64,000 bases of DNA from Bacillales bacterium UBA5348 (GTDB lineage: Bacteria; Bacillota_I; Bacilli_A; RF39; UBA660). The notes beneath the pieces were generated by a model. That model was not told the DNA's origin. It saw nothing but the letters and a program-made list of their open reading frames with translations, and did no database searches. Positions 9,772-19,213 of the stretch are shown here, piece by piece; the first letter of the stretch is position 1; each line of letters starts with the position of its first letter. The stretch is taken from NCBI GenBank assembly GCA_002411005.1, contig DHQC01000009.1, forward strand, positions 36,404 through 100,403, written 5' to 3'. A program made the translations under genes and the position numbers.

Positions 9772-10239
9772 ATGAATAAAACTTTTTTAGTAGGTCATTT
9801 AACGAAAGACCCTGATCTTAAGTATTTAAGTAATAATACAGCTGTTGCAACTTTTACAGTTGCAGTTAATCGTACTTTTACCAATCAAAGCGGTGAAAGA
9901 GAAGCTGATTTCATAAATGTCGTTGTATGGCGTAAACAAGCTGAAAATGTTAAGAAATATTTAAGTAAAGGCAGTTTGGTTGGAATTGATGGACGTATTC
10001 AAACTAGAAATTATGAAAATCAAGAAGGCAAGCGAGTATATATTACAGAAGTTGTTGCAGATAATGTACAATTTTTAGGTCCTAAAGGACAAAGGGATAA
10101 TAGTAGTAGTGGTGTTAGTCCACAGGATTTTAGTGGCTATGAGAATCAAATTCCACCAGTATCTACAAATATAAGTGATGAACCTTTTGCTGATTTTGGC
10201 GAAACGGTTGAACTTAGCGAGGACGATATAGCATTTTAA
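9772..10239 (+). CDS. ssb: Single-stranded DNA-binding protein
   Basis: MNKTFLVGHLTKDPDLKY OB-fold N-terminus and an acidic C-terminal tail ending DDIAF. Confidence 0.95.
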   Translation: MNKTFLVGHLTKDPDLKYLSNNTAVATFTVAVNRTFTNQSGEREADFINVVVWRKQAENVKKYLSKGSLVGIDGRIQTRNYENQEGKRVYITEVVADNVQFLGPKGQRDNSSSGVSPQDFSGYENQIPPVSTNISDEPFADFGETVELSEDDIAF

Positions 10240-10257
10240 AGTAAGGAGGAAAACTAA

Positions 10258-10473
10258 ATGGCAGAACCATATAGAAGAAGAAAAAAAATTTGCCAAATGT
10301 GTGCTGGTAAATCAGTAGACTATAAAGATATTGAAATTATCAAAAAATATATAAATGAAAAACATAAGATAGTACCAAGAAGAGTTACTGGTGCTTGTGC
10401 AAGACATCAAAGATTTATTGCTGGTCAAGTTAAAAGAGCACGTTTTATGGCATTAGTTCCATATTCAAAATAA
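10258..10473 (+). CDS. rpsR: 30S ribosomal protein S18
   Basis: RRRKKICQMC...VDYKD...PRRVTG...HQR signature. Synteny with rpsF and ssb. Confidence 0.95.
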   Translation: MAEPYRRRKKICQMCAGKSVDYKDIEIIKKYINEKHKIVPRRVTGACARHQRFIAGQVKRARFMALVPYSK

Positions 10474-10497
10474 AAAAGATAGTTTTATCTTTTTTTT
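10474..10497 (+). terminator. Rho-independent terminator after rpsR
   Basis: AAAAGATA-GTTT-TATCTTTT stem-loop followed by a T-run. Confidence 0.7.
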
Positions 10498-10545
10498 ATA
10501 AAAACAGCTGAATATATAGTATAATTAATATAAGGATGTGATAAT

Positions 10546-11532
10546 ATGCAAATAAATGCAGATAAAGTAAAAGAACTTATTGAAGAGTCTTCACAAGTAA
10601 TTATTATGTCTCATACTAATTTGGATTTAGATGCTTTAGGATCTTCCTTAGGATTATATTATTTATGTAAAACAATAGGCAAAAATGCAAGTTTATTAAT
10701 AGACGATGATAATCACGAGACAGGCGTTGCAAGAAGTTTAAGAGAAATAAAACGTCAAAAAATATACGTGAAAATTAGGAAATATTCTGAAATAGAAAAA
10801 ACAATAGATAAAGAAACATTATTGATTATAGTTGATACTAATGCTTCAAACCTTTTACAAAATAAAAACCTTTTGAAAACAAAGAATATTATTGTTATTG
10901 ATCACCATATCAAAAATAATGAAAATGTAATACAACCCAAATACGAATATATTAGTGAAGAACAATCCAGTGCTGTAGAAATAATAATTGAATTATTAAA
11001 ACATTTAGATATTTACATTCATCCCTATATAGCTACAATAATGTTAGCTGGTATTTTCGTAGACACAAATGATTTTTTTAGTAAAACAGGCCATAAAACT
11101 CATGATGCAGCATCTTATTTGTATCAAAGTGGGGCTCTTTTAGAAGAATTACAATATTTATTAAAAGAGGATATGGAAAAATATAATAATCAACAGAAAA
11201 TTATAAGAGAAGCAGAAAAAATTAATTCTCATTTTATTATTGCTAAGGGGCACGATTCTCATTTCTATCGTAAAGAGGAATTAGCTAAAATATCTGATAA
11301 GATGTTATTTTTTAATGATATTGAAGCATCTTTTACAATTGGTAAGTTGGACGAAAAAACAATAGGTATTAGTGCTAGATCTTTAGGTAATGTAAATGTT
11401 CAAAAAATAATGGAACGTTTAGGTGGGGGAGGTCATTTATCTGATGCAGCTACTCAGCTTGAAGGGGAGACACTAGAAGCATCGTTTATTAAACTAAAAA
11501 AGATTGTTAATAAATTGAAGGGTGGTTTTTAG
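10546..11532 (+). CDS. Stand-alone DHH/DHHA1 phosphoesterase in the position that gdpP occupies in Bacillus
   Basis: Motifs DLDALGSS, VDTN, IDHH and GGGGH. Located between rpsR and rplI. No TM, PAS or GGDEF region. Confidence 0.8.
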   Translation: MQINADKVKELIEESSQVIIMSHTNLDLDALGSSLGLYYLCKTIGKNASLLIDDDNHETGVARSLREIKRQKIYVKIRKYSEIEKTIDKETLLIIVDTNASNLLQNKNLLKTKNIIVIDHHIKNNENVIQPKYEYISEEQSSAVEIIIELLKHLDIYIHPYIATIMLAGIFVDTNDFFSKTGHKTHDAASYLYQSGALLEELQYLLKEDMEKYNNQQKIIREAEKINSHFIIAKGHDSHFYRKEELAKISDKMLFFNDIEASFTIGKLDEKTIGISARSLGNVNVQKIMERLGGGGHLSDAATQLEGETLEASFIKLKKIVNKLKGGF

Positions 11533-11976
11533 ATGAAGGTTATTTTTCTTAAAGACGTTAAAGGTCAAGGTAAGGCTGGAGATGTAAAAGAAGTAAGTGA
11601 TGGATATGCTAAGAATTTTCTTATAAAAGGTGATCTTGCCGTTCCGGCTACTAGCACAAGTATGAAACGTTTAAAGGTTGAAACTGATGCAAAGGAAGCT
11701 GAGGAACAAGAAGTTATTAAAGAATGTGAAAAAGTAAAAAAAGAACTAGAAAACAAAGTTTTAATTTTCAAAGTTAAAACTGGAGAAAAAGACAAAGTGT
11801 TTGGTAGCATTTCCTCTAAGCAGATAAGTTCAGAATTATCTGATATGGGTTATGATATAGAAAAAAAGAGTATTTTTCTTCCTGAACAATTATCTAGTTT
11901 AGGAGTACATATTGTTAAAATTATTCTACATAAAAAGGTTATATTAAAATTAAAAATTCAATTAGTTAGGGAGTAG
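11533..11976 (+). CDS. rplI: 50S ribosomal protein L9
   Basis: [30 protein letters not shown] signature. Confidence 0.95.
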   Translation: MKVIFLKDVKGQGKAGDVKEVSDGYAKNFLIKGDLAVPATSTSMKRLKVETDAKEAEEQEVIKECEKVKKELENKVLIFKVKTGEKDKVFGSISSKQISSELSDMGYDIEKKSIFLPEQLSSLGVHIVKIILHKKVILKLKIQLVRE

Positions 11977-11985
11977 TGGTAATAT

Positions 11986-13329
11986 ATGAATGGACGTGCT
12001 GTACCACATAATGTAATAGCTGAGCAATCAGTATTAGGAGCAGCTTTTTTATCAAAGTATGCTTTACAGAAAGTTTGTGATGAACTCACAACTGAATCTT
12101 TTTATATTGAAGCGCATGCTAAAATTTTTGATTGTATTTCAGAATTAAAAGCTAGTAATATTCCGGTTGATATGACTACTGTTTCAGCGCGCCTTAAAGA
12201 CAAAAAGGAATTAGTAGCTATTGGAGATATAGATTATTTATTAGCTGTTGTAAATTCTGTTCCTACGGCCGCTAATGTTGATTATTATATTAATTTGGTT
12301 AACCAAAAAGCATTATTAAGAAAGCTTATTGATACCGCTAATGATATATCTAATAGTGCGTATGATGAAAAAATAGATTTTAACGAATTAATCGATAGCG
12401 CTGAGCGTAAGATGTTTGGTGTTTCTAAAATGAGACGTGGTAGTGAGTTTAGAAATATCCAAGACGTCTTAGCTAAAACACAATCAGATTTAGAAAAACT
12501 AGCTGCTGTTGGTAATGAGGTTACAGGTTTATCGACAGGGTTTGGCCAAATAGATAAACTAACATCGGGATTACACGAAACTGAACTTGTTATAATTGCT
12601 GCCCGCCCAGGTATGGGTAAAACAGCCTTTTTACTTAATTTGGCAACTGCTGCTGCTAGCGATAAGAAAACAGTGGCTATATTTAACCTAGAAATGAATG
12701 CTGAACAATTAGCGACGAGAATGATAAGTTCTTTAGGACAAATACCATTAAATAAATTACGTACTGGGAGATTGGAGCACAATGATTGGAAAAGGGTAAA
12801 TGAAGCTATGAGTCAGCTTGCTGATACAAACATATATATAGATGATACTCCAGGTATTACAATCGGTGAAATAAAAGCAAAATGTAGACGTTTAGCTGCT
12901 ACACCTGGCGGTTTGGATTTTGTTTTAATTGATTATTTGCAACTTATTACTAGTAGCGAACGTTATGGTGGAAATAGGCAACAAGAAGTTTCAGATATTT
13001 CAAGAGCGTTAAAAACAATGGCCTTGGAGTTAAATATCCCAGTGGTTGCTGCTGCTCAATTATCGAGGGAAGTTGAAAAAAGAGATGATAAACGTCCACT
13101 GATGAGTGACTTAAGAGAATCTGGTTCGATTGAACAAGATGCTGATATAGTTGCCTTCTTATTCCGAGCCGATTATTACAATAAAGAAGCAAGAATGGAT
13201 GATTTTAATAGTGAGAGTGAATTTATTCTTGGTAAAAATAGAAGTGGTCCTACGGGAACAGTAGACTTGTTATTTAAAAGAAATACTGGTACTTTCTTAA
13301 ATTATAAGAGGGAAGAGAAAGAAGAATAA
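11986..13329 (+). CDS. dnaB: Replicative DNA helicase
   Basis: PHNVIAEQSVLGA N-terminus, Walker A ARPGMGKTAF, and IDYLQL and SRE...R motifs. Confidence 0.95.
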   Translation: MNGRAVPHNVIAEQSVLGAAFLSKYALQKVCDELTTESFYIEAHAKIFDCISELKASNIPVDMTTVSARLKDKKELVAIGDIDYLLAVVNSVPTAANVDYYINLVNQKALLRKLIDTANDISNSAYDEKIDFNELIDSAERKMFGVSKMRRGSEFRNIQDVLAKTQSDLEKLAAVGNEVTGLSTGFGQIDKLTSGLHETELVIIAARPGMGKTAFLLNLATAAASDKKTVAIFNLEMNAEQLATRMISSLGQIPLNKLRTGRLEHNDWKRVNEAMSQLADTNIYIDDTPGITIGEIKAKCRRLAATPGGLDFVLIDYLQLITSSERYGGNRQQEVSDISRALKTMALELNIPVVAAAQLSREVEKRDDKRPLMSDLRESGSIEQDADIVAFLFRADYYNKEARMDDFNSESEFILGKNRSGPTGTVDLLFKRNTGTFLNYKREEKEE

Positions 13330-13332
13330 AAA

Positions 13333-14082
13333 ATGAAAGTTGTTGTACTAGCTAGTGGTAGCAAAGGCAATGTAACATATGTTGAAGAAAAAGGAACACG
13401 TATCTTAATAGATATTGGTAAATCATGTGCTTATGTTGAAAAGAAACTAAAAGAACTAAATATTAATCCTAATACTATAAATGCAATATTAATTACCCAT
13501 ACTCATATTGATCATATAGTTGGTATTGGAACGTTTTATAAAAAATATAAGCCAGAAATTTATATTATGCCAAAAATGTTTCCGGCTTTAAGTGAGTATT
13601 TGTCAGATTTTAATTGTACATATTTTACAAAAATAACTCAGATAAACGACATTAGAGTGAATGTAATAAAGACATCACATGATGTTCCTGACTCAGTAGG
13701 CTTTCTGATGAATGACGAACTTGTTTATATAACTGATACAGGTTATTTGAATGACCGTTATTTACCTATGTTAGAAAATAAAAGTATGTATATTATGGAA
13801 AGTAATCATGATATTGAAATGCTTTATAATGGAAAATATCCATACCATTTAAAAAGACGTATTGCTAGTGATATAGGTCACTTATCTAATACTGATTCTT
13901 CTAATTATTTATCAAAAATAGTTGGAAGTAATACTAAACATATTGTTTTAGCGCATCTTAGTAAGGAAAACAATACTAGAGATAAGGCCTTAGAAACATT
14001 GTTTAATGCAATAGAAAGAACAGAGAACTTAGATGTTGTAGTTGCTGAGCAAGATGAAAGGACTAAGGTAATTGAAATATGA
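13333..14082 (+). CDS. MBL-fold metallo-hydrolase (YycJ/WalJ-like)
   Basis: ITHTHIDH motif. Position upstream of rlmH, as in other Firmicutes. Confidence 0.8.
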   Translation: MKVVVLASGSKGNVTYVEEKGTRILIDIGKSCAYVEKKLKELNINPNTINAILITHTHIDHIVGIGTFYKKYKPEIYIMPKMFPALSEYLSDFNCTYFTKITQINDIRVNVIKTSHDVPDSVGFLMNDELVYITDTGYLNDRYLPMLENKSMYIMESNHDIEMLYNGKYPYHLKRRIASDIGHLSNTDSSNYLSKIVGSNTKHIVLAHLSKENNTRDKALETLFNAIERTENLDVVVAEQDERTKVIEI

Positions 14083-14537
14083 TAAAGATTATATGTGTTG
14101 GAAAAATAAAAGAAAGATATTGGTCTGCTGCAATAGAGGAATATTTAAAAAGATTGTCCAAATATACAAAAATACAAATTATTGAAATTGAGGATGACGG
14201 CAACGATGATATGGACAGATCGTTAAACAATGAGAAAGAAAAGATATTAAAAAAAATTAAACAACAGGATTATATTATAACCTCGGAAATTGACGGTATA
14301 ATGTATGATTCAATATCCTTTTCTGAAAAAATTGAAGAGTTATTTGTTGCAGGCAATAGTGATATAACATTTATTATAGGCGGCTCTTATGGACTACATA
14401 GCGACGTTAAAGAAAAAGCTAATTTAAAACTATCTTTTTCAAAAATGACATTTCCGCATCAATTATTTAGAGTTATTTTATTGGAACAAATATATAGATC
14501 TTTTAGAATTATTAATAATGAAAAGTACCATAAATAG
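14079..14537 (+). CDS. rlmH: 23S rRNA (pseudouridine1915-N3)-methyltransferase RlmH
   Basis: SPOUT fold signature (IIGGSYGL...SFSKMTFPHQLFRVILLEQIYR). Confidence 0.9.
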   Translation: MIKIICVGKIKERYWSAAIEEYLKRLSKYTKIQIIEIEDDGNDDMDRSLNNEKEKILKKIKQQDYIITSEIDGIMYDSISFSEKIEELFVAGNSDITFIIGGSYGLHSDVKEKANLKLSFSKMTFPHQLFRVILLEQIYRSFRIINNEKYHK

Positions 14538-14540
14538 AAC

Positions 14541-14566
14541 AAAGACCTAAAGATAGGTCTTTTTTA
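14541..14566 (+). terminator. Rho-independent terminator after rlmH
   Basis: AAAGACCTA-loop-TAGGTCTTT followed by a T-run. Confidence 0.7.
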
Positions 14567-14658
14567 TTGGAAAAGTGTTTAAAATCTTAAAGATTACTTG
14601 CATAATACATAAAATATGCTATAATAAAAGCCTATTTTAATTTACTGGGGGTATTTTT

Positions 14659-15087
14659 ATGGGGAGTTTATTAAAAGAAACAAATTCAATTTTACAAGGC
14701 AAGTCAGTTAAGGATATGTTCTATAAGAACATTGCTAACGGTGTGTCAGTTTTCACATATAAGGGTTATATGGTTCGTTTAGCTCATAACAAAGATGAAT
14801 ATTTGAGACTAAGTTGCTCTAGTGAAGATATATTAATTGATTTAATTCCTCTTGGTGATGAAGTGATGAAAAGTAATATTATCGCCTCTTATCTGATGGA
14901 TATTGACGATTATAACGAATTGTTGCATACAGCTGAGTGGAATAGCAATCCTCTAAATCGCCAAAGAGAACTTAAAGAAAATGACAATCTTGGTTTTAGA
15001 TGTATTAATTTAAGACTTTATAATGAATGCGAAAAATCAACTAAAGATCGTAGTAATGTAAAAAAATTAAGGATGGGTTTATTTTAA
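14659..15087 (+). CDS. Hypothetical protein
   Basis: ORF with an upstream TTGCAT-16 nt-(TGC)TATAAT promoter at 14598-14625. No recognisable domain. Confidence 0.5.
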   Translation: MGSLLKETNSILQGKSVKDMFYKNIANGVSVFTYKGYMVRLAHNKDEYLRLSCSSEDILIDLIPLGDEVMKSNIIASYLMDIDDYNELLHTAEWNSNPLNRQRELKENDNLGFRCINLRLYNECEKSTKDRSNVKKLRMGLF

Positions 15088-15783
15088 TCCATCCTTTAAT
15101 ATATCCATAACTAATTCATAAACAGAATTGTAAGATCTCATAGTTTTACTTTTTAATTCTATAATACTATTTGACATCGAATAGCTGTTGAAATTATAAT
15201 CTGACATTGAAATATCATTAACATCGTCACCAATTGTATAAACATTACTCTCGTTAATTTTTAGTATATATAAGAGTTCTTTTATCCCGGAACCTTTATT
15301 AACTGTTTTCTCTGTAACATTAATCCATTTATCGCTTAAATAACCATCAACTTCTTTATATTTTTCTTTTATTTCACTTAACAGTTTTTTAGCTTTTTCA
15401 ACATCGTTAAATCTACCTATTAATCCATTAACTGTAGCGGTTTTATCTTTTGTAATAGCCGTTCCTGTATCAATATACCAATCACTTAGACACGAACTAT
15501 TATTATATATATCGGCTATTTCATTAGCGATATTATGTGGTATATCTTTTCTGTATAAGATATTTAAATTTCTATCAAAGATAATTCCACCATCGTTACA
15601 AATTAGATAGCTATATTTTAAATTTAATCCTTCTATATCTTTCAATAACGAATCAAAATATCTCCCTGTAACAATAACAAATAAATTGCCTTCATCAACA
15701 AATTTGTTTATATATTTAATGTTTTTGTGATAATCCTTCTTATTAAAAAGAGTATTATCAAAATCTGTCGCAAGTAACTTCAT
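15079..15783 (-). CDS. Cof-type HAD-IIB family hydrolase
   Basis: LLATDFDNTL (DxD motif), VTGR, and GDDVND at the C-terminus. Confidence 0.8.
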   Translation of the reverse strand: MKLLATDFDNTLFNKKDYHKNIKYINKFVDEGNLFVIVTGRYFDSLLKDIEGLNLKYSYLICNDGGIIFDRNLNILYRKDIPHNIANEIADIYNNSSCLSDWYIDTGTAITKDKTATVNGLIGRFNDVEKAKKLLSEIKEKYKEVDGYLSDKWINVTEKTVNKGSGIKELLYILKINESNVYTIGDDVNDISMSDYNFNSYSMSNSIIELKSKTMRSYNSVYELVMDILKDGLK

Positions 15784-15826
15784 ATTATCACCTATCTTTA
15801 TTTTAACACAAATAACATATAATTAG

Positions 15827-15854
15827 TTGACATTCCGTATAATATTGGTATAAT
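15827..15854 (+). promoter_or_regulatory. Promoter of tRNA-Gly (TTGACA-16 nt-TATAAT)
   Basis: Consensus hexamers at 15827-15832 and 15849-15854, about 20 nt upstream of the tRNA 5' end. Confidence 0.65.
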
Positions 15855-15874
15855 TAAATGTGTGTTTTACATCT

Positions 15875-15948
15875 GCAGATGTAGTTCAATGGTAGAACTT
15901 CAGCCTTCCAAGCTGACCACGTGGGTTCGATTCCCATCATCTGCTCCA
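15875..15948 (+). tRNA. tRNA-Gly (anticodon UCC)
   Basis: A 74-nt cloverleaf, GCAGATG...CATCTGC acceptor stem, anticodon loop CT-TCC-AA, GGTTCGATTCC T-loop, and an encoded CCA. Confidence 0.9.
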
Positions 15949-16039
15949 TTTGAAAACAACTTACGAACCGATATGGTTTCGTGAGTTTTTATTTTATATA
16001 AAGATAATGTTCTCTTTCTAGTGAGGAGGACATTTTTTA

Positions 16040-16333
16040 ATGCTTGAATTTAAGATATTACAAGAATTAAAACCTAATGCTGAATTACTAGAACTACTAA
16101 AAGATTATAAATATAAGGTTAAGAAAGGCAAAGTAAAAGTTCTAGTAAATACTAATCTACAGTTTATAGAACCAACTGAATATTTAATTACATATCCTAC
16201 TACTCTTACTATTCTTGAATATAAAGTCAATGAAATTAGTAATAAACAATTCTACATTAAAGAACATCATCAAAAGTACTCACTAAAAGAAATTGAAGAA
16301 ATTTTAAAAAATAGACTATACAAATTGCTTTAA
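16040..16333 (+). CDS. Hypothetical protein (element-associated)
   Basis: ORF with a strong GAGGAGG RBS. No recognisable domain. Confidence 0.5.
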   Translation: MLEFKILQELKPNAELLELLKDYKYKVKKGKVKVLVNTNLQFIEPTEYLITYPTTLTILEYKVNEISNKQFYIKEHHQKYSLKEIEEILKNRLYKLL

Positions 16334-16334
16334 A

Positions 16335-16530
16335 GTGAGGAAACGTATGAGGAAAACAAAAAAAGTTTACTCTATAGGGGTAAAAAATCGCTTTTTTCTG
16401 GGGAAACAAGTGAAAAGATTAATTAAAATTAGACTACAAATTTTCTAAATTACTTAGGAAACATATGAAAGGAGTTTTTCTAATTTTAATGTTTGCTATT
16501 TTGATTTTTAGTTAGGAAACAATTGAGGGA
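16335..16530 (+). repeat. Four direct repeats, RGGAAAC-N3/4-TGA, spaced 55-63 bp, upstream of the recombinase gene
   Basis: AGGAAACGTATGAGG (16338), GGGAAACAAGTGAAA (16401), AGGAAACATATGAAAGG (16456) and AGGAAACAATTGAGGG (16514). Confidence 0.6.
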
Positions 16531-16539
16531 GATGATGTT

Positions 16540-18326
16540 ATGAATATAAGATGTGGAGTTTATGTAAGAGTAAGCACTGATGACCAAAGAGATACTGGTT
16601 ATTCTATTGATTCACAACTTAGAATGATTAAAGAATATTGTGAAAAAAATGAATATCTAATTGTAGATGTTTATAATGATGCAGAACATTCTGGAAAAGA
16701 TTTAATTAGACCAGAAATGCAAAGGCTTTTAAAAGATATTAAAGCCAAAAAGATTGATAAATTAATTGCTATTAAGGTAGATAGATTAACTCGTAATAAT
16801 TATGATGGATTTTGGCTATTTAATTATTGTGAAGAACACGATGTAAAGATTGAATTAATATTAGAACCTTATGATATATCTACAGCTAATGGTGAGATGA
16901 TATTTGGTATGAATTTAGTATTTGGTCAAAGAGAAAGAAAAGAAATTGGAGCAAGGACTAAACGTGCTATGGAAGAAATGGCTTTAGAAAAAATACACCC
17001 CAGTAAAGCACCTTATGGATATATTAGAAATAAAGATACTGGTCATTTAGAAGTAGAACCAATTGAAGCCCAAGTTGTTAAAGAAATATTTGAACTATGT
17101 AAAAAAGGTCATTCTACAAGAGGGATTGCTAATATTATGAAAGATAATAATTCATATTTAAAACAAGGTAAATGGAAAAGTGATAGAGTCTATAAGATAT
17201 TAACTAATTCTATTTATATTGGTACTTTTGCTTATGGTAAATATAAAAGAAAAGAACAAGATATTTTATATGTAAATGATCATTGTGAGCCTATAATTGA
17301 TAAACAAACTTGGATATAACTAGAAAGAATTTAGAGAAAAATAGACACTCTAATTATGGAGAGCATATTCATTTGTTTACAGCTATTGTTAAATGTCCGG
17401 ATTGTGGCGGAATACTTTCTTCTACTAATTCTTTTAAAAATAGTGGCACACCTAAACAAAAGACTTATTATCATTTAACTTGTAAAAATCCAAATTGTAA
17501 ATCAAAAGGACTTCATTATAGTTCAGATAAAATAGAGCAAAAACTAGGCCGTATATTAAATGAACTTACTAGATATATGTATGATATGGATAACGAAATT
17601 ATAGTATCTAACTCTACAAAAACAAAAGAGATTAAAGATATAGACAATGCTATTGAAAAACTAAAACAACAAGAAAAAAGATTAGTAGATTTATATTTAA
17701 GTTCTACTCTAAATGTAGAAACTATTAACCATAAAAATGATGTTATAAAAAAAGAAATTGATAAATTAAATCAAAAGAAAAATAAACTAGATCCAGATGA
17801 TGATTTTAAAGATTACACAATAGAATTAGTTAAAAAATTAAATTGTGATTATCAAAATGATAACAATATTCTATTTCAAAATAAACTCGGCTTTTCATTT
17901 TTATGGGATAGTCTAAATAGAAAAACTAAGAAAGAATTAATCCAAAAGTTAATAGCAAGTTTAGAAATAACTAGAGATAAAAACTACAATATAGAAATTA
18001 AAAATATAAAATTTACAGATGAATTTATTTCTAAAAGTAATAAAGATTATTTAAATTATCTTAATGAAATTTTAAATAATAATGATATTGAAATTAAATA
18101 TAAAGACCAAATTGATAAACAAGATTTAAAAAATTAGAAAAAATTTTTTATATTTTCTAACAAAAAGTATGAAGAAAATAAATATTCAGAAGCAGATTTA
18201 ATCTTATATATGAAACTAATAAAGCAACACTTTTATTATGATGGCATTATAAATTGTCCATATATTGAAGATAGCAATATAGTAGATAAACTACTACTAA
18301 TACCAAAAACAATAATTGAAATATGA
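16540..18326 (+). pseudogene. Large serine recombinase (TnpX-like), disrupted by a 1-nt frameshift and an in-frame TAG
   Basis: Resolvase catalytic motif YVRVSTDDQ. The frame breaks at 17311-17319 (TGG ATA TAA); restoring one G would give ...DKQTWDITRKNLEKNR. Zinc-ribbon CPDCGG...C..PNC. After the TAG at 18135-18137, 62 further sense codons follow in the same frame, up to the TGA at 18324-18326. Confidence 0.8.
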
Positions 18327-18342
18327 AAGGAATGATTAAATT

Positions 18343-18705
18343 ATGAAAATAAATTATACAAGAATTGGAGATTTTGAATTACCAAATTTAACTTTAAATA
18401 ATAAAACAAAAGAAGAAATAAATAAGTATGGAAGATTAAGACTTAAGTATTTAAAAGAAAATAACAAAGCACTTTATACTACACTTTTAATGAAAGATGA
18501 ATTAACTAATCATCTTATTTAAGTAAGTAAACAAGCTGAAGAAAGATTAAATGTTTTAATGAATAATTATAAAAAGAATGATGAGAAACTATCTGAAAAA
18601 AGTAAAGAACTTAATCAACTTGAGTGGGTAAAACTTATGAATAATTATAAAAATATGGCTGAAGAAATTATATTAAAAGAACTATTTTATACCGAGAATG
18701 TGTGA
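18343..18705 (+). pseudogene. tnpV: TnpV-like transposon protein with an in-frame TAA
   Basis: INYTRIGDFELPNLTL...KYGRLRLKYLKENNKALYTTLLM...NHLI*..QAEERL matches my recollection of the TnpV family. TAA at 18520-18522 interrupts the frame. A TGTGAGTA/TACTCACA hairpin follows the final stop. Confidence 0.65.
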
Positions 18706-18765
18706 GTATGTACTCACATATTTTGTATGGCAAGCACTGAATTTGCACTCCCGCACAAATTCTAT

Positions 18766-18781
18766 TATGGGAATTCCCATA
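18766..18781. repeat. Perfect 16-bp palindrome TATGGGAATTCCCATA upstream of the MobC-like gene
   Basis: Read directly from the sequence. Lies about 30 nt upstream of the ATG at 18813. Confidence 0.7.
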
Positions 18782-18812
18782 CCCTTAAATTTTAGAAAGG
18801 AGATTTTAAAAT

Positions 18813-19179
18813 ATGAGAATAAGAAATAATAAAGTTAATGTATTTTTAAGTGATGATGAAAAATTTTTTAAAAAGAGATTCTTCAAAATTAAACTTATTG
18901 CAATCTGAATATATTAGAAACTTAATTGTAGGATATGAGATTAAAATTCCAGTAGTCAAAGAAGAACCTAAGTCTAAAAAGAATGAATATATTATAGAAA
19001 ATATTAATTGTTTAATCAAAGTAAAAAATAGATTTCATTATCTAGGATATTTTGAAGATGAACGTACTATTCAAACCAAAATTGCAACTTTAAAAGTACT
19101 TAATAATACTGTTAGAAAAAATTTACCACATAGTAAAAATGATAAAGACAATGTCGTATTCCATTGTCTTTATCATTAA
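18813..19179 (+). pseudogene. MobC-like ribbon-helix-helix protein, apparently frameshifted in an A5T6 run
   Basis: The good RBS (AAAGGAG) and ATG at 18813 give only 31 codons (MRIRNNKVNVFLSDDEK...). The +1 frame continues NFLKRDSSKLNLLQSEYIRNLIVG, an RHH-like (L)SEYIR motif. Removing one A at 18859-18863 joins the two frames. Confidence 0.4.
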
Positions 19180-19213
19180 AAATACATTTTATCTAAATTG
19201 GATTCTGTAAATA

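Noticed and set aside
12285-12782. 165-aa antisense ORF inside dnaB, plus similar antisense or alternative-frame ORFs at 11565-11810, 12950-13192, 4334-4648, 46380-46697 and 55530-55811
   Set aside because: They lie entirely within strongly supported conserved genes on the opposite strand or in another frame. They have no RBS and have low-complexity composition, so they are frame artefacts.
17310-18522. In-frame TAG/TAA codons and the frameshift as recoding signals (pyrrolysine, read-through or programmed frameshifting)
   Set aside because: Three different lesion types occur in three neighbouring element genes. TAA, TAG and TGA all serve as normal stops elsewhere in the window. No slippery heptamer or stimulatory structure is evident. 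Pseudogenisation is the simpler explanation.
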